From positions 1 to 25,321 of the IMG/VR virus record IMGVR_UViG_3300027785_000131: a stretch of 25,321 nucleotides of DNA; one strand, written 5' to 3'. The DNA comes from a virus (lineage: Duplodnaviria > Caudoviricetes). This document shows, piece after piece, positions 17,667 to 25,321 of the stretch. The translations under genes and the position numbers were made by a program. A model generated the notes under the pieces. That model was not told where the DNA came from, searched no databases, and saw nothing but the letters and a program-made list of their open reading frames with translations. Each line of letters starts with the position of its first letter. Within the stretch, counting starts at the first letter, position 1.

Positions 17667-17924
17667 CTAAATCAGATCCTTAAAAGAACGCAGTGTTTTC
17701 TGAGCAAGAAGTTTTTTGGCTTCCTGAAAAACCAAATCTAGTTCATCAGCGTCAATGCTTACGTAATGTTCTAGGTCATCGCCTAATTCACAAATTTTTA
17801 CAAAACCCCCTGCGCCTTCGTCGTCAATAGAAATCTGTAAAACTCCACGGCCATAAACAGGATTCGTATCTGTTCGATGGATAGAAACTGTAAGAATAGT
17901 TGCTACTGAAGCAGAGTCAGCCAT
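17667..17924 (-). CDS. hypothetical protein
   Basis: 85-aa ORF in the small-gene run. Confidence 0.65.
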   Translation of the reverse strand: MADSASVATILTVSIHRTDTNPVYGRGVLQISIDDEGAGGFVKICELGDDLEHYVSIDADELDLVFQEAKKLLAQKTLRSFKDLI

Positions 17925-17993
17925 AGGTCGGGATAAGAAGACTTATCTTACCGCACATCCTGAAATTTAAAACGAACTAGAAGTTGACCGGTC

Positions 17994-18008
17994 TAGTGGC
18001 GTTGACTA
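17994..18008 (-). repeat. inverted-repeat site TAGT-CAACGCC-ACTA
   Basis: Read directly; 4-bp arms, 7-nt spacer. Confidence 0.6.
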
Positions 18009-18260
18009 CTTAGCTTTTAGTTCGTCGGCGATGGCAAGGAGTTCTTTTCTAATCTGTTGACACTCAATATCTGCAGCAGCACGAAGAGCGGCAGCAAGTT
18101 TGTTTTCTGCACATATAGGAGCTCCACAAAAAGCATCCCAAATTAATTGGGCGCTAGGTGAAAGTATAGTATTTTCTTTAGGGAAATTTGAATCTCTATC
18201 TTCTTCCAAAAAAGTTCCTTCAAGAGCTTCAAAAAGATCTGTAAATAAAGTTGTTTCCAT
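18006..18260 (-). CDS. small hypothetical cyanophage-type protein
   Basis: 84 aa; LSPSAQ..DA..LAAALRAAAD..IRKELLAIADEL. Its TAG stop forms one arm of the site at 17994..18008. Confidence 0.7.
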   Translation of the reverse strand: METTLFTDLFEALEGTFLEEDRDSNFPKENTILSPSAQLIWDAFCGAPICAENKLAAALRAAADIECQQIRKELLAIADELKAK

Positions 18261-18319
18261 AATGATTAAATCTTAGGAGCGGAGCAAAAGCTGATACTCG
18301 CTGCCAAACCATACTACAT

Positions 18320-18382
18320 GACGCTGGATCGAGGGGAGCTACCGATGGATCGAGGGGAGTCAACGCTGGATCGAGGGGAGTC
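18320..18382. repeat. 3 x 21-bp tandem repeat
   Basis: Invariant tggatcgaggggag at 18325, 18346 and 18367 with 7-nt variable linkers. Confidence 0.95.
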
Positions 18383-18387
18383 CCTGA

Positions 18388-18410
18388 GTAAATCCGTCGA
18401 TTTCCACGGG
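18388..18410. repeat. 23-bp direct repeat, copy 1 (imperfect palindrome)
   Basis: gtaaatccgtcgatttccacggg, 22/23 identical to 18655..18677. Confidence 0.9.
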
Positions 18411-18522
18411 ATTAATGGTGTCGACTTATTAGTTTTGTGGATCACGGATTAGCACCTAGCAATCTTATGGGTCACGAAACGCCAATCCGTTAACGACAAA
18501 ATACGGACGTGCTCATAACTCG

Positions 18523-18537
18523 TAGTGTGCGGGACTA
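18523..18537 (-). repeat. inverted-repeat site TAGT-CCCGCAC-ACTA
   Basis: Arms extend to GTAGT/ACTAC. Confidence 0.6.
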
Positions 18538-18654
18538 CTGATAATGCCTGGTAGCAAAAACATTATGTTTAGTAAGTTGAACACTACGCCAGGTACTGTC
18601 CAACTTGGTGAACACTCGCCACCCTACCATATTTGTTACGTCACGAAAATGGTT

Positions 18655-18677
18655 GTAAACCCGTCGATTTCCACGGG
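18655..18677. repeat. 23-bp direct repeat, copy 2 (imperfect palindrome)
   Basis: gtaaacccgtcgatttccacggg; aacccgt/acgggtt arms. Confidence 0.9.
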
Positions 18678-18701
18678 TTAGAAGACGTGTCCACTTGTGG
18701 G

Positions 18702-21700
18702 CTACCGTGCTCTAGCATAATTAATTGGCGCTTCGGCAAAGGCGGCGTATATGTAATCACTGCTTGAAATATTTCCCCAAGAAGTTGCGGCACGCAGCTT
18801 AAATCCGTTAGACAAAATGTCAAATAATTCGCTATTATCTGCATCTGCCAAATCAGCAAACAATCCTTTATTGCTAACATTGTAGCCATCTCTGGCGGCA
18901 TCAAAAATCGCCCAATCGGATGTTGTATTTGTTCGTTTCAGAAGCACCCACCTCGGCCTAAACCCGGTATACACAAAAACGCCATCGCTCGATCCATTCC
19001 CGGTATACGATCCGAAGCTATTGTACCCGACTACTGGAGCGAAGGCGTATGCCACCCAATCAGGCGTTCCAATACCAGAACCAATGCTGAATACAGTACT
19101 AGTTGGAGACGTGTTGTTCCAATAGGTGTAAGTATTGGTCGCGGCAGTGCTGTTTAATAGCAGAGCTTTTGTATTGCCTATGTCTTTGTGATAAACAAAC
19201 CAATCGTTAGCACCCGGATTGCTTGTGCGAGCCTTCATGATAATCATTGAAGGAGCAACACCTAAGCCGTGACCGACTGTCCCCGTAGAAGCCCCAGTAA
19301 AAGTAGACACGCTAAACCCAGCAGTTGCATTAGCTCTCACCTGACTAGTGATGCTGCCTTGTGTGTTGGATACGGTTGAGGTGCCTGCGTCCCACGCCCA
19401 GCCGACAACAGAATTTCCAGACCCGTTGATTCCGGTATCCGACCCAACAGTAAAGCCAGTAGAAGTAAAAGCAGTTAGCACATCAGAAAAAGGGCCGGAT
19501 TCAGCACTTGTCGAATTACTACTCAATAAATATCCAGCACCTCTTACGATGTCATATAGCTGATGACTATAAGCATTACTGCGTGACTTTAACCAAACAA
19601 AATCTGGCGAAAAGTTTAACCCACTAATAGTTTGTGTTCCACCATTCCCCGTATAAAGCGCAACATCCATCACCGTATTAGACTTCGTGACTAATGGGGT
19701 TGGCAGATTCTGTGTACATAGTGTTTTGAAGCCTGATGGTGCGGTGTAGGCAAATGCGCGTTGGCCGAAGTTTGCGACGACGGCAGGGGATATTCCACTA
19801 ACGCCATCTGCAAAATAAGGTGCTGCACTTGCCATACCTGTGTACGTGTAGCCACCTGCATTGGTAGCCGGATTCTGGGTTCCACTACCTTGCCAAACAT
19901 TATTCACAGCAAACCAAACCTTTTTATTAGTTTGATCAAAAGCAACACCTACGACGTCATTGTTTGAATAGTTTGTTGTGTATGCAATTGTTGAAGAATT
20001 AATGTAAATTCCGTTGCTTGACGAAAAAGAAACAATGACGGCAATATTAACATCGTCTATTATATTATAGGCGTTAAAAGCAGCATTAGCATCGGCAATT
20101 CCAATGTATGCCCCACTAGCTGTTGATGCGGTGGATTCAAAGTAAAACTTGCCTGATTGCACCGCCACGCTTCCCCGTATTGAAACATACCCAGAAGATC
20201 TGCCAGTAGCTTCAAGATTGCCATTGGCAAGAGATGTACTGCCTGATTGATCCAACGGGTTCCAAGTGCAATAATTCCCCCTCACCTCGCCGCCCACGCC
20301 GGTGTCGGTCCCGTAATTAGTGGGGGAGTCTACGAGGGAATCGTTGGCTGCAGCAACAGAACCAATAATTGTGGCAGTAGGAGGGTTAAAGTTACTGGTA
20401 TATTTGGCAACGCCTTTGTAGATGCGGACATCGTTCATAAATCCTTGATAACGACCAAAATATTCTCCTCCATTTCCTTGGGATCTACCAATGTAAAAGG
20501 GGCTCCCTGATGAAACACTACCGGGAGAAGTAGCACTAAAAGCACCAAGAATGCCATTTATATATAAAGAAGTCCCATTCGCATCCTTGCAAAGTGCAAT
20601 ATGACCCCAGGCATTAATGCTAACTGCATTAGTACTGGTAATTGATACAGTAGTTCCACCTCGTACATAAGCTCCGACAGTTCCAGTGCTAGTAACAAGT
20701 AAAGACCAACCGGGCTGATCGTTAAAAGCAGTCCCCCCTTGACTCATTACCATACGGGCACCATTGGCTCCCGCAAATGACGTAAAGTATACCCAACATT
20801 CAACTGTAAAGTCTGTAGTGCCAAACGAAAAATCTGCGTCGTTTGCAATTGTTAAAATACTATTAGTGCCATCAAAACTCCCGCTGCTGCCATAAAACTT
20901 AGATTGGCTAGTTGATGTTGTAGTGCTAGTTACCGTAAATGATTTAGCGCTGCCACTTCCTTTAATTGTTGCACTTTCATCCGTAAATGTTGTTCCTCCA
21001 TTAGTGCCGTTCATCCCCACGGCAAGCACAATAGAAGCACTGTTAGTATCAGTGCGAGTTCCAGTACCCTTTACCGTACCGTAAGTATCTGTGGTGTTGT
21101 AGACAGGTAGAGCACCAGAAGCAGCAGCAACTGATGTTGGTCCTCCGGTATTAATACTTAAGTTATTCGGCGTCCAGTTATTACTCAGCCCGCTATAGTC
21201 CTTCCCTAATGTGCTGGCAGTGTTGCTGGAGTTATCAGCGAACAAAAGATTAAAGCCATTTGTGCCATAACTGCCGGTGTATGTTTTTGGTATCAGTTGC
21301 CCAGTAGTGGCATCGGTTTCGGTGAATGACGATGGGGTAAGTGCTTGGCCGTCGATGAAGTGGATGTTGGCGAGGTAGCCGGAGTAGGTGTTACTTCCTC
21401 CATAATCCCCAATCCTGTGCTGGTCTGTAGTGTTAATGCCAGTATCGTAGTTTAGCGACCCGTATGTTGCTGTTGAAAACGTAGTAACCTGTACGCCGTT
21501 AATGTAAAGCTTTACTCTGTTTGACCCTGTGGTCTGCGTAGTGTCAATAGCGTAAACAATGTGGTACCACGCCGAAACATCTCTAAATACTTGCGTTGTT
21601 ACTACATTTATTACTTCAGAGCTACCGTCGTAACTGCGATATTTCAGCGTATCGTCGGCGTTTATGTTGAATCCGTCAATGGGTAGGTTGGTGTTGTTAT

Positions 21701-21905
21701 TAAAAACGTGCTGAAGCACGCCCAAAGCACTCCGCTTCACCCACCCGCTCCATGTCCAAGTCCGCCTATTTCCCGCTACTGCCGGGGTCCGAGACAAGTA
21801 GGCACTGTCACTACTGTTGAATCTGAGACTACGCTCTATCTGTAATGCGCCACCAGTAGCGTCACCGAATAATAATAAGGGGTTGGTAGAACCTGGAATA
21901 GACAT
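18702..21905 (-). CDS. modular tail fibre/receptor-binding protein (2 x LamG/ConA-like, SPRY-like, 3 C-terminal repeat modules)
   Basis: WTWSGWVKR..WYHIV..LYING; DFTVECWVY..WGHIAL..LYING; LANGNL..GKFYFE..VGVAFD..NFGQ; YTGNG..F.P..V..K repeats. Likely start is ATG at 21905 (1067 aa), just after the upstream stop. Confidence 0.85.
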   Translation of the reverse strand: MSIPGSTNPLLLFGDATGGALQIERSLRFNSSDSAYLSRTPAVAGNRRTWTWSGWVKRSALGVLQHVFNNNTNLPIDGFNINADDTLKYRSYDGSSEVINVVTTQVFRDVSAWYHIVYAIDTTQTTGSNRVKLYINGVQVTTFSTATYGSLNYDTGINTTDQHRIGDYGGSNTYSGYLANIHFIDGQALTPSSFTETDATTGQLIPKTYTGSYGTNGFNLLFADNSSNTASTLGKDYSGLSNNWTPNNLSINTGGPTSVAAASGALPVYNTTDTYGTVKGTGTRTDTNSASIVLAVGMNGTNGGTTFTDESATIKGSGSAKSFTVTSTTTSTSQSKFYGSSGSFDGTNSILTIANDADFSFGTTDFTVECWVYFTSFAGANGARMVMSQGGTAFNDQPGWSLLVTSTGTVGAYVRGGTTVSITSTNAVSINAWGHIALCKDANGTSLYINGILGAFSATSPGSVSSGSPFYIGRSQGNGGEYFGRYQGFMNDVRIYKGVAKYTSNFNPPTATIIGSVAAANDSLVDSPTNYGTDTGVGGEVRGNYCTWNPLDQSGSTSLANGNLEATGRSSGYVSIRGSVAVQSGKFYFESTASTASGAYIGIADANAAFNAYNIIDDVNIAVIVSFSSSNGIYINSSTIAYTTNYSNNDVVGVAFDQTNKKVWFAVNNVWQGSGTQNPATNAGGYTYTGMASAAPYFADGVSGISPAVVANFGQRAFAYTAPSGFKTLCTQNLPTPLVTKSNTVMDVALYTGNGGTQTISGLNFSPDFVWLKSRSNAYSHQLYDIVRGAGYLLSSNSTSAESGPFSDVLTAFTSTGFTVGSDTGINGSGNSVVGWAWDAGTSTVSNTQGSITSQVRANATAGFSVSTFTGASTGTVGHGLGVAPSMIIMKARTSNPGANDWFVYHKDIGNTKALLLNSTAATNTYTYWNNTSPTSTVFSIGSGIGTPDWVAYAFAPVVGYNSFGSYTGNGSSDGVFVYTGFRPRWVLLKRTNTTSDWAIFDAARDGYNVSNKGLFADLADADNSELFDILSNGFKLRAATSWGNISSSDYIYAAFAEAPINYARAR
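19679..19693 (-). repeat. intragenic inverted-repeat site TAGT-CACGAAG-TCTA
   Basis: Arms extend to ATTAG/CTAAT; encodes LVTKSN just after the SPRY-like domain. Confidence 0.6.
20318..20332 (-). repeat. intragenic inverted-repeat site TAGA-CTCCCCC-ACTA
   Basis: Encodes VDSPTN between the second LamG and the SPRY-like domain. Confidence 0.6.
21799..21813 (-). repeat. intragenic inverted-repeat site TAGT-GACAGTG-CCTA
   Basis: Arms extend to GTAG/CTAC; encodes SSDSAY just before the first LamG domain. Confidence 0.55.
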
Positions 21906-21907
21906 AA

Positions 21908-22738
21908 TTATTGGGTAAGGTTGTTCACAAGTTGGCAAACAATGCTTGTACTTGTACGTACAGTATAACCAATTAAGTCAACTGCATTTGCTGTGGTGCT
22001 TAGATTTTTAAATGATTGGCCGCCAGGGAATTTCCAGTGACTGCCATAACTTAAAATCCTGCTTCCCGTTGCATCTTGCAGAATGTAAATCAAACCACTC
22101 TGCCCAACAGTCATGCCGGTTGGGTTGGCAAGTGTTCGAGGTGTTCCGGTCAAAGTGACTGTAAAGTTATTGGCAACTGAAAAATCAGGAGTAATTGTAG
22201 ATCCATCGGTTAAAGTTGCAATGTTCATTGCTCCAGTTCCCTGTACATATATTTTGGTATTACCTACAGATGCTCCTATAGCAAGATTACCGTTGGCGTC
22301 AAAAACAGCACGTTGAATACCACCGGTAGTAACACTGATTTCATTTGAACCGCTGCGATAAAAACCAGTGGTAGGTGCATTATCAAATGTAATACTTGGC
22401 GCACTATTTGAACCATCTGGAAAACTAGCACCCACCGCAACAAAATCAGACCCAGCAAGAACAACTCCAAAGAAAGCCCAACCTCCTGTTGGAGCAGAGG
22501 CAAATACTATGTTCGTACCTACTAAATTAAAACCAGCCGCACCGGTTGGGTCTGGCTTTTGAATTACACCATTAACAGAAATTAAACACTGTTGTGGGTT
22601 AGATGGAAACGGGACTGGTGAAATACCAGAAACTAATAATGGAAAGGATGTTGCAACGCCGTTAAAACTGGATCCAATATTATCAACACGTTGGTAACTT
22701 ATGCCAGGTGTTAATGTTGTGTTTCCTATATAACGCAT
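21908..22738 (-). CDS. tail/virion protein
   Basis: FNG....F.L, LISVNGVIQKP, DGS.SAPSITF...TTG.Y motifs; C-terminal domain shared with 23910..25319. Confidence 0.75.
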   Translation of the reverse strand: MRYIGNTTLTPGISYQRVDNIGSSFNGVATSFPLLVSGISPVPFPSNPQQCLISVNGVIQKPDPTGAAGFNLVGTNIVFASAPTGGWAFFGVVLAGSDFVAVGASFPDGSNSAPSITFDNAPTTGFYRSGSNEISVTTGGIQRAVFDANGNLAIGASVGNTKIYVQGTGAMNIATLTDGSTITPDFSVANNFTVTLTGTPRTLANPTGMTVGQSGLIYILQDATGSRILSYGSHWKFPGGQSFKNLSTTANAVDLIGYTVRTSTSIVCQLVNNLTQ

Positions 22739-22746
22739 GTCAGTTC

Positions 22747-23154
22747 CTATTTATTTTTTATTGAGTTCGGGCCAGTAGTAGCTGGTGCTATTGGCCACCG
22801 GACTTGATTTAATTTTACACCGAAAAACGTTTGTGGTAAGTCCCTCAACTGCTGTCTATAAGATACCCAAGCAGATTGATCTACAGTGCAACCAGAAGAA
22901 ACAGTCCAGTCTGTTGATTTAAGAAGGTAATTTCTTTTTAGAATAATGTTATTCCAAGAAGAATTATCTAGTTCAAGAACACGTTCTTCAAAGATTCTTG
23001 ATTCTAAATCTTGAAGGCGTTTTTCTATTTCAGTAATTTTTAAATTATATGTTTCTTCTTTTAGTTCTCCTTTGTTTTTAATATCTTCTTTTAAAGAACT
23101 CACCTGTCTGTACAGGATGTCAATATCACCAATTGTTGTTAGTCCTGTTGTCAT
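22747..23154 (-). CDS. tail fibre assembly chaperone-like protein
   Basis: RNYLLKSTDWT..W.SYRQQLRDLPQ..V.WP..P. Confidence 0.8.
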   Translation of the reverse strand: MTTGLTTIGDIDILYRQVSSLKEDIKNKGELKEETYNLKITEIEKRLQDLESRIFEERVLELDNSSWNNIILKRNYLLKSTDWTVSSGCTVDQSAWVSYRQQLRDLPQTFFGVKLNQVRWPIAPATTGPNSIKNK

Positions 23155-23498
23155 TATGTTTGCTCCAAATAACTAATCATTATGTCAAGTGCTGAGCCAG
23201 TATCTGAGCTAGCACGGATAACATCTGACGGTTCTATAATCAGTTTATTACCTTGTACAAGTTCTAACGAAGAACCTGCTGGTACTGGCCCATTCTTTAT
23301 AAGAAATACTGAATCGCCAACTGCAGAAGAAATATATACATTTGCATTCGCACTGCTACCAGTTTTGTTTGAAACCAAAACACTAAGAATAACAAGAGTA
23401 GCAGTGCCGCCAACTGTAAGTATATTAGTAGTCGCGCTTGATGTTACATCAGCTGTCAAAAGGCTTGACTTTGTATCTTTTTTAAAAGTGTTTGCCAT
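23154..23498 (-). CDS. virion structural-like hypothetical protein
   Basis: MANTFK start, beta-rich, VPAGSSLE...K......D, SYLE end. Confidence 0.7.
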   Translation of the reverse strand: MANTFKKDTKSSLLTADVTSSATTNILTVGGTATLVILSVLVSNKTGSSANANVYISSAVGDSVFLIKNGPVPAGSSLELVQGNKLIIEPSDVIRASSDTGSALDIMISYLEQT

Positions 23499-23903
23499 TT
23501 AACTTAGAGCAATAATTAAGGTTAAAGTGTCAGATGAAGTAGTGGTGCCAGCGACACTAAGACTTCCGTTAACGGTGAGGTTTCCAGAGAAGGTTGCACT
23601 CCCTGAAGAATCTATTGTAAGCCTTGCAACACCGTTCGTCACCAAAGATAATTGAGCCTGTACTGGACTAATAATACCAGTATTAACGCTGTTAGCAAAT
23701 TTAAGAGCGCAACTGTTTAGCGCACCGGGAGAAAGTAAACAGTTAGTACCATCTTCTCGTAAAAGTGGGAACCCACCAAGTGTTATAGCATCGTGAACTA
23801 TGGCTGTAAGTTTCTGTGTATCAACAGTGACTTCCCCCAGCGCACCCGCAAAAGCGATTGTTTGAGCGGTCGTACCACGCCTTAGTTGTACTTGAGTTGC
23901 CAT
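23499..23903 (-). CDS. short tail protein with Mtd N-terminal-like domain
   Basis: QVQLRRGTT....F.GA.GEVTVDT.....VHD..T.GG.PL. Confidence 0.75.
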   Translation of the reverse strand: MATQVQLRRGTTAQTIAFAGALGEVTVDTQKLTAIVHDAITLGGFPLLREDGTNCLLSPGALNSCALKFANSVNTGIISPVQAQLSLVTNGVARLTIDSSGSATFSGNLTVNGSLSVAGTTTSSDTLTLIIALS

Positions 23904-23909
23904 AATCTA

Positions 23910-25319
23910 TTATGTCACGTTTGTTATCAGTCTAGCTGTTATTCTTGTAGTTGATTCAGAATAATAAACCAGTACGTCAACGGCATTTGCAGTTGTTGTA
24001 GCAGTTGGTGTGCCACCTGAAAATTTATAAAATGAACCGTATGCAATTGTCCTCGAACCGGTCGCATCTTGAGTAATAACTATTGCGCCACTTTGTCCGG
24101 CAGTTAAGTTCGATGGGTTTTGGATTGTAGTGCTTGCACCTAAAGTTAAAGAAAAGTTATTAGAAACAGCAAAGTCTGGAGTAATAGAAGAACTACTTGT
24201 GAGGACACTAATTGTTCCACGTTGCGCCGCACTGTAACTTTGCGCTAGGCCTAGAACAGCAATAGTGCTTGTAACAGCTGGAAGAGTTAAGGTTCCAGAT
24301 GCTGCTGCTGTGGCAACAACTGTAGTGGTTCCTGATGACGACCCAGTAAATATATGCCCGCCAGTACCTGCGGTTAATGTTGTTGCGGTTAAAGCAGTTA
24401 AGCCAGTGATGCTAGTTGCAGTGCTTCCAAGAGCAATTGATGTAGAACCAACGGTGAGGCTACTATTAGCAAGCTGTGCGTTCGGAATAGCACTTGTACT
24501 AAATTCTCCAGTAGTACTGTTGTATGTTAACCCTGACCCGCCAGCTACACTTAATGCACTTCTAATGTTTAAGTCTGTAACTACTGAATACGTAACAGCA
24601 CCAGTGGTACTGTTATAACTTATTGACCCATAACCGCTACCACTGTTAGTGGCACTTAAAGCACCTCTAATGTTTAAGTCTGTAACCACTGAATACGTAA
24701 GTACTCCGGTCGTGTTGTTATAGCTTATGGACCCATATCCAGTTCCTGAGTTTGTTACACTTATTGATGATAACAACGCAAGCGTACCTGTTGCATCTGG
24801 GAGAGTAATGACACGTGCGCCGGTCGGCTGTGCAGGTACTAAGTCAATATATTGGCCAACTGTAATTACGGCACCCGTAAAAAGAATGCCCGCATAATCA
24901 GCTATTATGTGGGAAGCACTGGTAGATGGGTGTTTTAGCTCAAGTCCGGTGGTCTTTAAGTTAGTAATATCAAAACTTGTTACTGTAGAACCTAAAGCAG
25001 CAGGTGTAGCTCCAAAAGTAATACTGCTGTTGGCTAATTGAGAGTTTGGAATAGCACTTGTACTAAATGCTCCAGTAGTACTGTTGTATGTTAACCCTGA
25101 ACCACCAGTTACACTTAAGGCACCTCTAATGTTTAAGTCTGTAACCACTGAGTACGTAAGTACTCCAGTACTGTTGTTATAGCTTATAGACCCATATCCA
25201 GTTCCTGTGTTCCCAGCAGAAATTGATAACCGTGCCCTAGTATCTGTGTAATAAAGATTCGTACCTTCTGTTAAATTTGTTGTTGTATTTCCAGCAAAAT
25301 CTAGTCCATCCGTCGGGGT
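23910..25319 (-). CDS. repetitive tail fibre protein (5' end outside the window)
   Basis: Frame stays open past the annotated GTG to the window edge (..TTNLTEGTNLYYTDTRA..); SYNxTTG repeats. Confidence 0.8.
   Translation of the reverse strand, partial: TPTDGLDFAGNTTTNLTEGTNLYYTDTRARLSISAGNTGTGYGSISYNNSTGVLTYSVVTDLNIRGALSVTGGSGLTYNSTTGAFSTSAIPNSQLANSSITFGATPAALGSTVTSFDITNLKTTGLELKHPSTSASHIIADYAGILFTGAVITVGQYIDLVPAQPTGARVITLPDATGTLALLSSISVTNSGTGYGSISYNNTTGVLTYSVVTDLNIRGALSATNSGSGYGSISYNSTTGAVTYSVVTDLNIRSALSVAGGSGLTYNSTTGEFSTSAIPNAQLANSSLTVGSTSIALGSTATSITGLTALTATTLTAGTGGHIFTGSSSGTTTVVATAAASGTLTLPAVTSTIAVLGLAQSYSAAQRGTISVLTSSSSITPDFAVSNNFSLTLGASTTIQNPSNLTAGQSGAIVITQDATGSRTIAYGSFYKFSGGTPTATTTANAVDVLVYYSESTTRITARLITNVT
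24484..25205. repeat. intragenic near-identical DNA repeats in the tail fibre gene
   Basis: About 24484-24595 closely matches about 25048-25159; tctaatgtttaagtctgtaac occurs three times (near 24561, 24666, 25125). Confidence 0.85.
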
Positions 25320-25321
25320 AT

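Noticed and set aside
17772-17785. TAGG-TCATCG-CCTA as another site
   Set aside because: 6-nt spacer, mid-gene, with no boundary context; likely chance.
18320-18382. CRISPR mini-array or guide-RNA array
   Set aside because: 14-bp repeats and 7-nt linkers are far too short, and no cas-like gene is in the window.
12553-18701. Classical invertible shufflon of alternative fibre C-termini
   Set aside because: No silent partial tail-fibre ORFs and no pair of identical inverted crossover sites were found.
19557-19571. TAGC-TGATGAC-TATA (plus strand) near-match inside a fibre module
   Set aside because: Not at a domain boundary; it shows that one-mismatch matches can arise by chance, which tempers the degenerate sites listed.
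23499-23903. Diversity-generating retroelement suggested by the Mtd-like N-terminus
   Set aside because: No reverse transcriptase and no template/variable repeat pair with adenine-specific differences was seen.
18641-24618. Alternative-frame and antisense ORFs (e.g. 18641..18904, 19348..19563, 20247..20510, 23182..23502, 24265..24618)
   Set aside because: Shadows of well-supported tail genes, with no motifs of their own.

Overview
An AT-rich, densely coding cyanophage genome segment; the host is probably a picocyanobacterium (inference from psbA and nblA). The left part (1-10.7 kb) holds two HNH nucleases, an orphan Phd/YefM-like antitoxin, a degenerate Dam-like methyltransferase, DUF3310, a lysozyme-fold protein lacking catalytic residues, and host-derived nblA, dps and a 2OG-Fe(II) prolyl-4-hydroxylase. 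The middle holds a GH24+C39 endolysin, a tail-fibre-associated protein, a short tyrosine recombinase, psbA (structured leader, terminator) and small ORFs. The right part (18.7-25.3 kb, minus strand) holds tail fibre and virion genes. Main observation: 15-17 bp inverted-repeat sites, TAG(T/A/G)-[7 nt]-(A/T/C)CTA or close variants, each with a different spacer, lie inside the coding sequence at each recognisable domain junction of the 1067-aa tail fibre. They continue as a cluster after its stop codon, about 4.5 kb from the recombinase. This suggests an unproven recombinase-driven system for swapping tail-fibre modules and small cassettes. All calls come from reading motifs by eye; no database search was run.
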